A DNA stretch of 64,000 nt, taken from NCBI GenBank assembly GCA_020632095.1, contig JACKGF010000001.1, forward strand, positions 134,549 through 198,548, in the 5' to 3' direction. Every line of letters starts with the position of its first letter. Positions within the stretch are counted from its first letter, which is position 1. Origin of the DNA: Candidatus Nomurabacteria bacterium (GTDB lineage Bacteria > Patescibacteriota > Minisyncoccia > Phycocordibacterales > UBA918). A program made the translations under genes and the position numbers. Below the pieces are notes generated by a model, which was not told where the DNA came from, ran no database searches, and saw only the letters and a list, made by a program, of their open reading frames with translations. Of this stretch, positions 19,275 to 27,059 are shown piece by piece.

Positions 19275-19686
19275 ACGTGACCAAATTGAATCAATATTAA
19301 AGATAAATGGCGTTGCACCAAGTTCACCTGACGAACAGATTCGTTCGGTTTTATTAAGTGCACGTTATAGTAAGGATGAAGTAGATACTGCTATTATGGT
19401 CTTACGTGAGAATACTAAGACAAACCAGACCAGGGTAGACGGGCTACATAAAGTATTTCGCTCTAGTGAGGCTTTAAACTCTGAAGAGATCTCGCAGCTT
19501 CTTGGAATTGATGTTGATATTGATAATATTACTTCAACAAAAGTTAAGGGTAGAGGGGTTTATGGCTGGCAATATGTTGTTGTTTGGGTTATGTCGGTAG
19601 TAATTTCAGTTGTCGGTATTTTGATGTACATGTATTTATATAGAGTTGGGGTATTTCACCCAAGCGTTGGTTTGATACATCCTTAA
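19267..19686 (+). CDS. small protein with C-terminal TM helix, unknown function
   Basis: ATG 19267 overlaps the upstream stop (ATGATTAA), which suggests translational coupling. C-terminal hydrophobic helix VVVWVMSVVISVVGILMYMYLY. The ORF track start 19237 lies inside the upstream gene. Confidence 0.4.
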   Translation: MIKRDQIESILKINGVAPSSPDEQIRSVLLSARYSKDEVDTAIMVLRENTKTNQTRVDGLHKVFRSSEALNSEEISQLLGIDVDIDNITSTKVKGRGVYGWQYVVVWVMSVVISVVGILMYMYLYRVGVFHPSVGLIHP

Positions 19687-20813
19687 TGAAACTTCAAAAA
19701 TTATTTACTATTTTTCTACTAATAATATTAGTAGAAATGATTTCTAATATTAATGCTGAATTTCCAATTCAGGATATTTCATATGGTCAAATTTCAGAAT
19801 TAAACTTAGTTGAGTTAGTAAAAAAACCAATGACTATTCCTCTGGCTGATCTAACTAAAATCGACAGTAGGCTTGACTCAATTGTATTTGTTGGAGATGT
19901 GCTTTTGGCTAGAAACGTTGAAGTATTAATGGAAAGATATGACGATTCATATCCTTACAAGGGATTGAATTTTAATGAATTATCAACCAAACCACTAGTG
20001 ATTGGAAATTTTGAGTCATCAATTCCTATTGTTCATAAGCCAACCGAAGCGTTGCAAATGAGTTTTTCTACTAATAGTAAATATCTGACGGCAGCTAGAG
20101 CAGCTGGCTTTTCATATTTTTCATTAGCTAATAATCATAGTTTTGATTCTGGAAGTAATGGATATTCTAACTCCGTCGATAAACTAATTCAAAATAACCT
20201 AATACCATTAGGTCACCCTAATGAATTTAACAAGGATTCCGTCTCAGTAATTGAGGTCAATAATATGAAAGTAGCTTTGATTGCTTTGCAAGCAATTGAG
20301 TTTCATTTTGATGATAATGATATTAGTGATGTACTAGATTATGCAAGTTCAATCAGTGATTTCCAGGTTGTTTATGTGCATTGGGGAATTGAGTATGAAC
20401 AAAAACACAGTAAAAAGCAACGACAATTAGCTGAAAAATTTGTCAAATATGGAGCTGATTTAGTGATTGGTCATCATCCTCATGTAGTACAAGATATAGA
20501 TTTGATTGATGGTGTGCCAGTTTTTTATTCTTTAGGTAACTATATATTTGATCAATATTTTTCAACTCTAGTACAACAAGGGTTAATTTTGCAATTAACC
20601 CTTGGCAGAGAATCTTTTGTCGATGTGATTCCTGTTACTAGTGAAGGCACGTTATCACAACCTAGGCGCATGAACGTGTTACAGCAAGCAGTGTTTTTAC
20701 GAAACCTAACCCAAATAAGTAACCCTTTGCTAAAGAGTGATATTGAACAGGGAACGATACCTCTTAATTTCAAGGTTGCAACTTCGTCAAAAGTCGCTAT
20801 GATAACTAAGTAA
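19686..20813 (+). CDS. CapA/PgsA-family metallophosphoesterase (poly-gamma-glutamate capsule biosynthesis protein CapA-like)
   Basis: 375 aa. N-terminal signal/anchor. Calcineurin-like phosphoesterase motifs in CapA order: VFVGDVLLARNV, ANNHSFDSG, VVYVHWGIEY, DLVIGHHPHVVQ, YSLGNYIFDQ. Start overlaps the previous stop (TAATG). Confidence 0.75.
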   Translation: MKLQKLFTIFLLIILVEMISNINAEFPIQDISYGQISELNLVELVKKPMTIPLADLTKIDSRLDSIVFVGDVLLARNVEVLMERYDDSYPYKGLNFNELSTKPLVIGNFESSIPIVHKPTEALQMSFSTNSKYLTAARAAGFSYFSLANNHSFDSGSNGYSNSVDKLIQNNLIPLGHPNEFNKDSVSVIEVNNMKVALIALQAIEFHFDDNDISDVLDYASSISDFQVVYVHWGIEYEQKHSKKQRQLAEKFVKYGADLVIGHHPHVVQDIDLIDGVPVFYSLGNYIFDQYFSTLVQQGLILQLTLGRESFVDVIPVTSEGTLSQPRRMNVLQQAVFLRNLTQISNPLLKSDIEQGTIPLNFKVATSSKVAMITK

Positions 20814-20825
20814 TTTAGTCTATGT

Positions 20826-21377
20826 ATGTTTAACAAATTTGAATTGATTGGAGCCAGTGCAAGTATCTTTTTTATGGGTCTAGCTTTGTACTTAGTGCAG
20901 GTGAATAACATAATGTTTAGCGATGGTCCAGCTGGGCATTCTGCTCAAGCAATTCAGTCTCAAGAATCAGGAATAGTTATTGTTGGTCAGTCTGCCAATG
21001 TGAATCAAGCTAGGACTGACGCGTATTTAAAAGCATCTGATGAACAAGGTAATATAAATCGTATGGTAGTAGATGATGTAAAAATTGGAACAGGCGAAGC
21101 AGTAAAAGAAGGTGATACTGTTGCAGTGCATTATATTGGTACATTGCAGAACGGAAAAGAATTTGACAATTCTCGAAAGCGCGGAGCACCTTTTGAGTTT
21201 AAGGTTGGTGAGGGGAGAGTGATCAAGGGGTGGGATGAAGGACTAGTTGGAATGCAGGTGGGGGGACAAAGAATGTTAGTGATACCTCCAGATATGGCTT
21301 ATGGTGAACAAGGAGTTGGACCGATTCCGGGTAACTCCACTCTAGTGTTCGCAATTGAGCTAATGGAGATTAAATAA
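20826..21377 (+). CDS. FKBP-type peptidyl-prolyl cis-trans isomerase with N-terminal membrane anchor
   Basis: 183 aa. The C-terminal 110 aa is a textbook FKBP domain (GDTVAVHYIGTLQNGKEFDNSRKRGAPFEFKVGEGRVIKGWDEGLVGMQVGGQRMLVIPPDMAYG). Confidence 0.85.
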   Translation: MFNKFELIGASASIFFMGLALYLVQVNNIMFSDGPAGHSAQAIQSQESGIVIVGQSANVNQARTDAYLKASDEQGNINRMVVDDVKIGTGEAVKEGDTVAVHYIGTLQNGKEFDNSRKRGAPFEFKVGEGRVIKGWDEGLVGMQVGGQRMLVIPPDMAYGEQGVGPIPGNSTLVFAIELMEIK

Positions 21378-21406
21378 AAGAACTAAGCGTCTTGAAAAAA
21401 CTAAAC

Positions 21407-21435
21407 ACTGACCGTTGCGGTCAGTTTGTTTATTT
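21407..21435 (+). terminator. rho-independent terminator after FKBP gene
   Basis: ACTGACC-gttgc-GGTCAGT followed by TTGTTTATTT. This also argues that the tgt start is ATG 21442 rather than TTG 21415. Confidence 0.5.
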
Positions 21436-21441
21436 AAAAAC

Positions 21442-22644
21442 ATGCAAAAATCACCTGTTACATTTGAAATTATAAAACGTGTCCCTGGTACGCTAGCTCG
21501 GGTCGGGGTAATTCATACACCTCACGGTGATATTGAAACACCAGCTTTTGTGGTGGTAGGTACCAAAGGTACTGTAAAAAGTATCAAACCTGAGGATATG
21601 CGCGACTATGTCGGCAATCAGGTTGCTCTAGCTAATACCTACCATTTATTTCTGCAACCCGGTGACGATGTGGTAAAAGAGGCCGGTGGACTGCACAAGT
21701 TTTCCAACTGGGACTTACCAACTATTACCGATAGCGGTGGTTTTCAAGTTTTTTCTCTAGGGGCGGCTTTTGGGAAGGGTGTCACGAAATTCGCTAAGGG
21801 GGATATGGTTGAAAACAGCGAAAAATCTGGATTGAATGTCTACTCCAAGAAACTGGCTGAAGACCACGGAAAATTGTGTGTAATAGATGAAGAAGGGGTG
21901 ACTTTTACCTCACATATCGACGGCTCCATGCACCGGTTTACCGCTGAACGCTCAATTGATATTCAGCATAATATCGGGGCTGATATTATTATCGCTTTTG
22001 ATGAATGTACTAGTCCGACGGCTGATTATAAGTACCAAAAGGAAGCCATGGAGCGCACTCATCGCTGGGCTAAGCGCAGTATCATGGCTCATAAGCAAAA
22101 TTATCAAGCCTTAAAAAAACAAGGTCTATATGGTGTAGTGCAAGGTGGACGACATTTAGATTTGCGAGCTGAGAGCGCTACAGCGCTCTCAGCGATGGAT
22201 TTTGACGGATTTGGTATTGGAGGCTCATTTAGTAAGGAAGACTTAGGTGAGGCCTTGCGGGTGGTAAACGAAATTTTGCCCGAAGACAAGCCTCGCCACT
22301 TACTTGGTATTGGTGAGCCAGAAGATATTATCGAAGGGGTTTCGCTTGGCTGTGACACCTTTGACTGCGTAGCTCCCACTCGGATTGCGCGCACTGGTAC
22401 TATTTATGAGCAAACCAACGATGGTCACCGGCGGACAAATCTGCTTAATACCAAATATCAAAGAGACTTTTCCAAGCCTGATGAATCTTGTGACTGTTAT
22501 GTTTGCACCAATTACACCAAGGCCTATTTAGCTCATCTTTTCCGCAGTGGCGAAATGCTCGGCCCACACCTAGCGTCACTGCATAACCTGTACTACATCG
22601 TAAATTTTACTAAGAAGTTACGTGAGGAGATGTTGCTAAGCTAA
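21442..22644 (+). CDS. tgt: queuine tRNA-ribosyltransferase
   Basis: N-terminus FEIIKRVPGTLARVGVIHTPHGDIETPAFVVVGTKGTVK, LGIGEPEDI, and Zn-binding CDCYVCTNYTKAYLAHL are diagnostic of bacterial Tgt. Confidence 0.9.
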   Translation: MQKSPVTFEIIKRVPGTLARVGVIHTPHGDIETPAFVVVGTKGTVKSIKPEDMRDYVGNQVALANTYHLFLQPGDDVVKEAGGLHKFSNWDLPTITDSGGFQVFSLGAAFGKGVTKFAKGDMVENSEKSGLNVYSKKLAEDHGKLCVIDEEGVTFTSHIDGSMHRFTAERSIDIQHNIGADIIIAFDECTSPTADYKYQKEAMERTHRWAKRSIMAHKQNYQALKKQGLYGVVQGGRHLDLRAESATALSAMDFDGFGIGGSFSKEDLGEALRVVNEILPEDKPRHLLGIGEPEDIIEGVSLGCDTFDCVAPTRIARTGTIYEQTNDGHRRTNLLNTKYQRDFSKPDESCDCYVCTNYTKAYLAHLFRSGEMLGPHLASLHNLYYIVNFTKKLREEMLLS

Positions 22645-22687
22645 TTATATACATTGTAGAAACTCGTGCTCTTGATTAAATTGACAT

Positions 22688-23176
22688 GTGTGTTATATTG
22701 TGGCTTGGAAAGAAGTATCTTTGATTAACAAACAAGTGAAAGGACACACCTTGTCAAATCTTGTAGATGCAGTACATCACTCAGCGGAGCATCCATATTG
22801 CCCGAGCTGTAACACACAACCAGCTTCGCGGGCTCCACGTCCGTCCCAGTCTCACGACCCAGATGCGGTTCCCCCGGAGCTAGCACGTCTCTTGCGACAA
22901 GGTGGCTATGTCAATGATGGTGAGTCCATTGAGCAAGCCGCATTTCGTGTTCTGAGCGAGAGGCTCAATCAGGAGAAGTCGCTACTGAGAAAACTTGAAG
23001 GTCTGGGCTGTTGTCTGCCTGAAGGTACCTCAGTCAGCACGTTCGCTATCGGGTTTCTGAAGCGGGCGGTCAGAATTATTGAGTTGAAGGGAGAACTCTT
23101 TTTTAGGCTTCCCAAGAGGGCACCTCTTTACTTCCGCTTGCAAAGGACTGAGGAAGAGAAGGATAGTACATGCTAG
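22688..23176 (+). CDS. hypothetical protein in GC-rich island (start uncertain)
   Basis: 162-aa ORF. GC rises sharply from ~38% to ~55% at ~22.74 kb. No recognisable motif. Pro/Arg/Ser-rich N-terminal part, helical C-terminal part. Confidence 0.4.
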   Translation: MCYIVAWKEVSLINKQVKGHTLSNLVDAVHHSAEHPYCPSCNTQPASRAPRPSQSHDPDAVPPELARLLRQGGYVNDGESIEQAAFRVLSERLNQEKSLLRKLEGLGCCLPEGTSVSTFAIGFLKRAVRIIELKGELFFRLPKRAPLYFRLQRTEEEKDSTC

Positions 23177-23195
23177 CTTGCACTGTCTCAGGTGC

Positions 23196-23229
23196 GAAAA
23201 ACCGGCCACGTGACCGGTTTTTCTTTTTT
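23196..23229 (+). terminator. rho-independent terminator
   Basis: AAAACCGG-ccacgtga-CCGGTTTT followed by TCTTTTTT. Confidence 0.7.
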
Positions 23230-23278
23230 AAAAATTATCTAAGTATACATTTTGTTAATAGATATACATACAGATCAA

Positions 23279-23308
23279 TTGACAATCTTGTTAAAAAAAT
23301 ACTATAGT
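23279..23308 (+). promoter_or_regulatory. sigma70-like promoter (TTGACA-18 nt-TATAGT) with strong RBS AGGAGGTG before ATG 23342
   Basis: TTGACA at 23279-84, TATAGT at 23303-08, AGGAGGTG 6 nt upstream of the start codon. Confidence 0.45.
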
Positions 23309-23341
23309 AAGGTAATCTAAACCAAGCACAGGAGGTGTAAG

Positions 23342-24046
23342 ATGAGCTGCTTAAGCAAGAGTGAGCTCGAAGCACTCGAAAGAGAGCTGAACAATCACGA
23401 CTCCGAAGTGCTGGGCAGACTTAGGGAGTTTTTTCTAAGACACGATATATTTCCACCTGATTTCGAGGAGTTGTGTGATAGGCTTGGTGTAACAGGTCGC
23501 CATCAACGCCTTGGAATTTTGATAGCCTACATGATTGCTTTCTGGGGTCATGAAGGTCAGGAGCGTCGTGATAAATCCAAGTACATCACTCATCCGCTCG
23601 GAGCCCTGCTTATTTACGCAGAAACTGCAGGAGTTGGCAGACTAGACGTAGCATTGATCATTTTGATTCTTATCCACGATGTAGTCGAGGATACGAAAGT
23701 TACGCTTCAAATGATTTCTGCTTGTCTCGGGGAGGAATGTTCGCTTGATTTGTCCTCTTTATCCAAGGAGCACGGTCAGAAAGGAGATGACTACCTAATT
23801 GCCTACTTGCTTGGAATAATTGCTCGGGGACCAGGTGTAATTTTGGTCAAGCTTTGTGATCGGGCACACAATCTTGAAACTCTCCAACCCTTCACCGAGG
23901 ATAAACGTAAAGAAAAAATCCTCGAAACCCAGACGTTCCACATGCTGATGTTGCTACCAGCTTTACGTAGCTACGGTGGTGATTACATCAGAATGGCAGA
24001 TGAGCTGGAACAAAGGATGAATGAGGCGATCGCTCAGTATCAATAA
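23342..24046 (+). CDS. RelA/SpoT-family HD-domain small alarmone hydrolase (SAH, Mesh1-like (p)ppGpp/(p)ppApp pyrophosphohydrolase)
   Basis: 234 aa. HD-domain motifs in SpoT order: ITHPLGAL (His), LILIHDVVEDT (HD), VKLCDRAHNLETL (compare KLADRLHNMRTL of RelA/SpoT). No synthetase domain. Lies in the GC-rich (~50%) island. Confidence 0.7.
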   Translation: MSCLSKSELEALERELNNHDSEVLGRLREFFLRHDIFPPDFEELCDRLGVTGRHQRLGILIAYMIAFWGHEGQERRDKSKYITHPLGALLIYAETAGVGRLDVALIILILIHDVVEDTKVTLQMISACLGEECSLDLSSLSKEHGQKGDDYLIAYLLGIIARGPGVILVKLCDRAHNLETLQPFTEDKRKEKILETQTFHMLMLLPALRSYGGDYIRMADELEQRMNEAIAQYQ

Positions 24047-24065
24047 CAGATTTTAGTTTGCTTTC

Positions 24066-24094
24066 GACGGCCCACCCTGGGCCTGTCTTTTTTT
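24066..24094 (+). terminator. rho-independent terminator after SAH gene
   Basis: GGCCCA-ccc-TGGGCC followed by TGTCTTTTTTT. Confidence 0.65.
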
Positions 24095-24122
24095 ATTACC
24101 CTTTGCAGGGTATAGTACTAGG

Positions 24123-26153
24123 GTGAAATTTGAGATATCGACAGATAAAACTCCAGCTGGTGATCAGCCAACGGCCATCAAAACTCTAGTTGATGGTATT
24201 AAGGCTGGCCTATCGTCTCAGACGTTGATGGGGGTGACTGGGTCGGGTAAGACATTTACGGTGGCCAACGTTATTCAACAAATTCAAAAGCCGACCTTGG
24301 TGATTGCACATAATAAAACTCTGGCGGCTCAGCTGGCGCAAGAGTACCGAGATTTTTTTCCTAATAACGCTGTTCACTACTTTGTTTCATACTACGATTA
24401 CTACCAGCCTGAAGCCTATATGCCGACTTCAGATACTTATATTGAGAAGGAAGCGCAAATTAATGAAGAGATTGATCGTTTGCGTCACGCATCAACCCAA
24501 GCTTTGCTGACTCGCAAAGATGTCATTATTGTGGCTTCAGTATCATGTATTTATGGCTTAGGTTCTCCGATTGAGTACCAAAAGGTACACAAGAAAATAG
24601 AGCGAGGTTACCAGACTAATCGGGCAGAAATGTTGCGTACCCTAGTCGACATGTACTTCGAGCGTACTAACGCTGACTTAAATCCGGGTCACTTTCGAGC
24701 GGTCGGTAATACGATTGAAATAATGCCGACCAACGAGCGGGTTATTTATCGATTAAGTTTTGGTGGTGACACTGTCTCACATATCACAAAAATCGACGGT
24801 ATTACTAGAGCTATTATTGAAGAGCCTGAAGTATTTTTCTTATTTCCAGCCAAGCACTTTGTAACTCCTGAAGCGGAAAGGAAAGTGGCAATAGAAGATA
24901 TTAAGGCTGAACTAGACGAACAGCTTAAGAAATTTAAGAAAGAAGGTAAGTTATTGGAGACAGAACGTCTTAAGCGACGAACAGATCATGATTTGGCCTT
25001 GATGCGTGAAATTGGCTACTGTAACGGGATTGAAAACTATTCACGACACTTTGACCGCCGTAAGCCTGGTGAAGCGCCCTACACTCTAATGTCGTATTTT
25101 CCTCACACAGCAGATGGTAAGCCAGACTTTTTAACTATAATCGACGAGTCTCACGTTACTATCCCACAGCTTAACGGAATGTACGCTGGCGATCGCTCAC
25201 GAAAAAATACTTTAGTAGAACACGGTTTTCGCCTACCAAGTGCGATTGATAATCGACCACTAAAGTTTGATGAATTTGAAGCTACTGTTGGTCAACAAAT
25301 ATACACCACTGCTACCCCCGGAAAATACGAATTTGCCAAGCTGGCTGAGACTGGTCAAAAACCAGTCGAACAAATTATTCGTCCAACTGGACTAGTTGAC
25401 CCAGTTATTGATGTTAGACCGATTGTGGAGGAAGGTAAGTATCCAGGGCAGGTGAAGGATTTTATAGAAGAGGCCAACAAAGTCATCAAAACAGGTGGTC
25501 GAGTGCTGGTAACTACCTTGACCAAAAAAATGGCCGAAGATTTAGCTGAATTTTTGGCAGACAAGAAGATAAACACAAAATATATTCACAGTGACATTGT
25601 CACGATGGAGCGCATCGAAATTTTAACTGATTTTAGAAAAGGGAAGTTTGATTGTTTGGTTGGTGTCAACTTGCTACGTGAAGGATTGGATCTACCCGAG
25701 GTTGAGCTGGTTGCTATTCTGGATGCCGATAAGGCTGGCTTTTTGCGTAGTGAAACCGCCTTGATTCAGACTATCGGGCGGGCGGCACGTAATGTCAATG
25801 GTCGAGTTGTGTTGTATGCAGATGAGATTACAGCTGCTCTCGAGTATGCTATTGGCGAAACGAATCGTCGTCGTGAAAAGCAATTGGCCTATAATAAAAA
25901 ACATAACATAACCCCCAAAACCATTATTAAAGAAATTAAGTCAATTGCTGATCAGATGCGTTCTGCGCACGATGAGACTGTCGACACTTTACTTAAGATT
26001 GATATGCAGCTTTTTAAAAAGAATCCAGTAAAAGTACTTAAGGAAAAACGACGTCAAATGGAAAGTGCTGTTGCGATTTTAGATTTTGAAACAGCCGCAA
26101 TTTTAAGAGATGAGATAAAATATTTGGAAGAATTCGTCGAGAAAGAAAAATAA
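24123..26153 (+). CDS. uvrB: excinuclease ABC subunit B (GTG start)
   Basis: 676 aa. N-terminal PAGDQPTAIKTLVDG, Walker A GVTGSGKTFTVANVIQ, helicase motifs, and a C-terminal UVR domain (AILDFETAAILRDEIKYLEE). Confidence 0.9.
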   Translation: MKFEISTDKTPAGDQPTAIKTLVDGIKAGLSSQTLMGVTGSGKTFTVANVIQQIQKPTLVIAHNKTLAAQLAQEYRDFFPNNAVHYFVSYYDYYQPEAYMPTSDTYIEKEAQINEEIDRLRHASTQALLTRKDVIIVASVSCIYGLGSPIEYQKVHKKIERGYQTNRAEMLRTLVDMYFERTNADLNPGHFRAVGNTIEIMPTNERVIYRLSFGGDTVSHITKIDGITRAIIEEPEVFFLFPAKHFVTPEAERKVAIEDIKAELDEQLKKFKKEGKLLETERLKRRTDHDLALMREIGYCNGIENYSRHFDRRKPGEAPYTLMSYFPHTADGKPDFLTIIDESHVTIPQLNGMYAGDRSRKNTLVEHGFRLPSAIDNRPLKFDEFEATVGQQIYTTATPGKYEFAKLAETGQKPVEQIIRPTGLVDPVIDVRPIVEEGKYPGQVKDFIEEANKVIKTGGRVLVTTLTKKMAEDLAEFLADKKINTKYIHSDIVTMERIEILTDFRKGKFDCLVGVNLLREGLDLPEVELVAILDADKAGFLRSETALIQTIGRAARNVNGRVVLYADEITAALEYAIGETNRRREKQLAYNKKHNITPKTIIKEIKSIADQMRSAHDETVDTLLKIDMQLFKKNPVKVLKEKRRQMESAVAILDFETAAILRDEIKYLEEFVEKEK

Positions 26154-26206
26154 ACAGGCTGTGAGTTACAGACACTTTACATATATGAAAGTGCTATGAT
26201 AAATAC

Positions 26207-27013
26207 ATGTCAGTTCTAACCAACAAGAATGTTTTAGTGGTAGGTGAAGAAAACTCACTATTTACCAAGCTTACGCAAGTCTTTGAGGAGTACGGGATGG
26301 TTATACATAATTCAACCTGCGATTTAGTAACGTCTGTCATACTTGAAGAGAAAAGTATTGATATTGTACTTATCAATTACCTAAATCACGGACCAGCCTG
26401 TAAGGAATTACTTAACACACTCAGGAGTGTAGACACAACTAAGACATTACCAATATTCGCTTTAGTTGAGGAGAATGAAGATAAAATTCAAGAAGTGTTT
26501 TCCTATGGGGTGGCTGATTACATTACAGATGATGAGGAAGTTGACTCTGTCCTACAAAAAATCAAGACTGTTTTTGGAAACACAAACGATGTATACGGGA
26601 GTGTCTCAATTGACATAACACCGCTGCAACCAATCACCTCAGCTACAGGTATTAAGGTCTACATTGTTGAAGATGATCCACTGCTTAGAAATTTACTTTC
26701 AGTAAGGCTTGACCGCTCATCTTTTCCGTATGAGTTCAGCAATGATGGTCAAAATGCTGTGCCTGCCATGAAACAGTTTATGCCAGATGTGATAATTCTT
26801 GACTTGATGCTTCCTGGTAAGAGCGGCTTAGAAGTTTTGGCAGAAATCAAAGCTGATGAGAAAATTAAGAATACACCAGTTATTGTTTTTTCAAATCGAG
26901 ATGGACAAGAGGAGAGAAGAAAAGCAAAAGAGCTTGGCGCTAATGGTTTTTACGTTAAGGCAATGACTGACTTATCTGAACTAATAGAAACAATAGAATC
27001 TCTTGCTAAGTAA
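26207..27013 (+). CDS. response regulator with two tandem receiver (REC) domains and no output domain
   Basis: 268 aa. The second half is a canonical CheY-like REC (KVYIVEDDPLLRNLL...PDVIILDLMLPGKSG...PVIVFSNRD...GANGFYVKA). The first half is a degenerate REC (VLVVGEEN...DIVLINY). Confidence 0.7.
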   Translation: MSVLTNKNVLVVGEENSLFTKLTQVFEEYGMVIHNSTCDLVTSVILEEKSIDIVLINYLNHGPACKELLNTLRSVDTTKTLPIFALVEENEDKIQEVFSYGVADYITDDEEVDSVLQKIKTVFGNTNDVYGSVSIDITPLQPITSATGIKVYIVEDDPLLRNLLSVRLDRSSFPYEFSNDGQNAVPAMKQFMPDVIILDLMLPGKSGLEVLAEIKADEKIKNTPVIVFSNRDGQEERRKAKELGANGFYVKAMTDLSELIETIESLAK

Positions 27014-27059
27014 ATTCTTATTGTACTGATATTTTTCCATTTTAGATGCAAACAAACTT

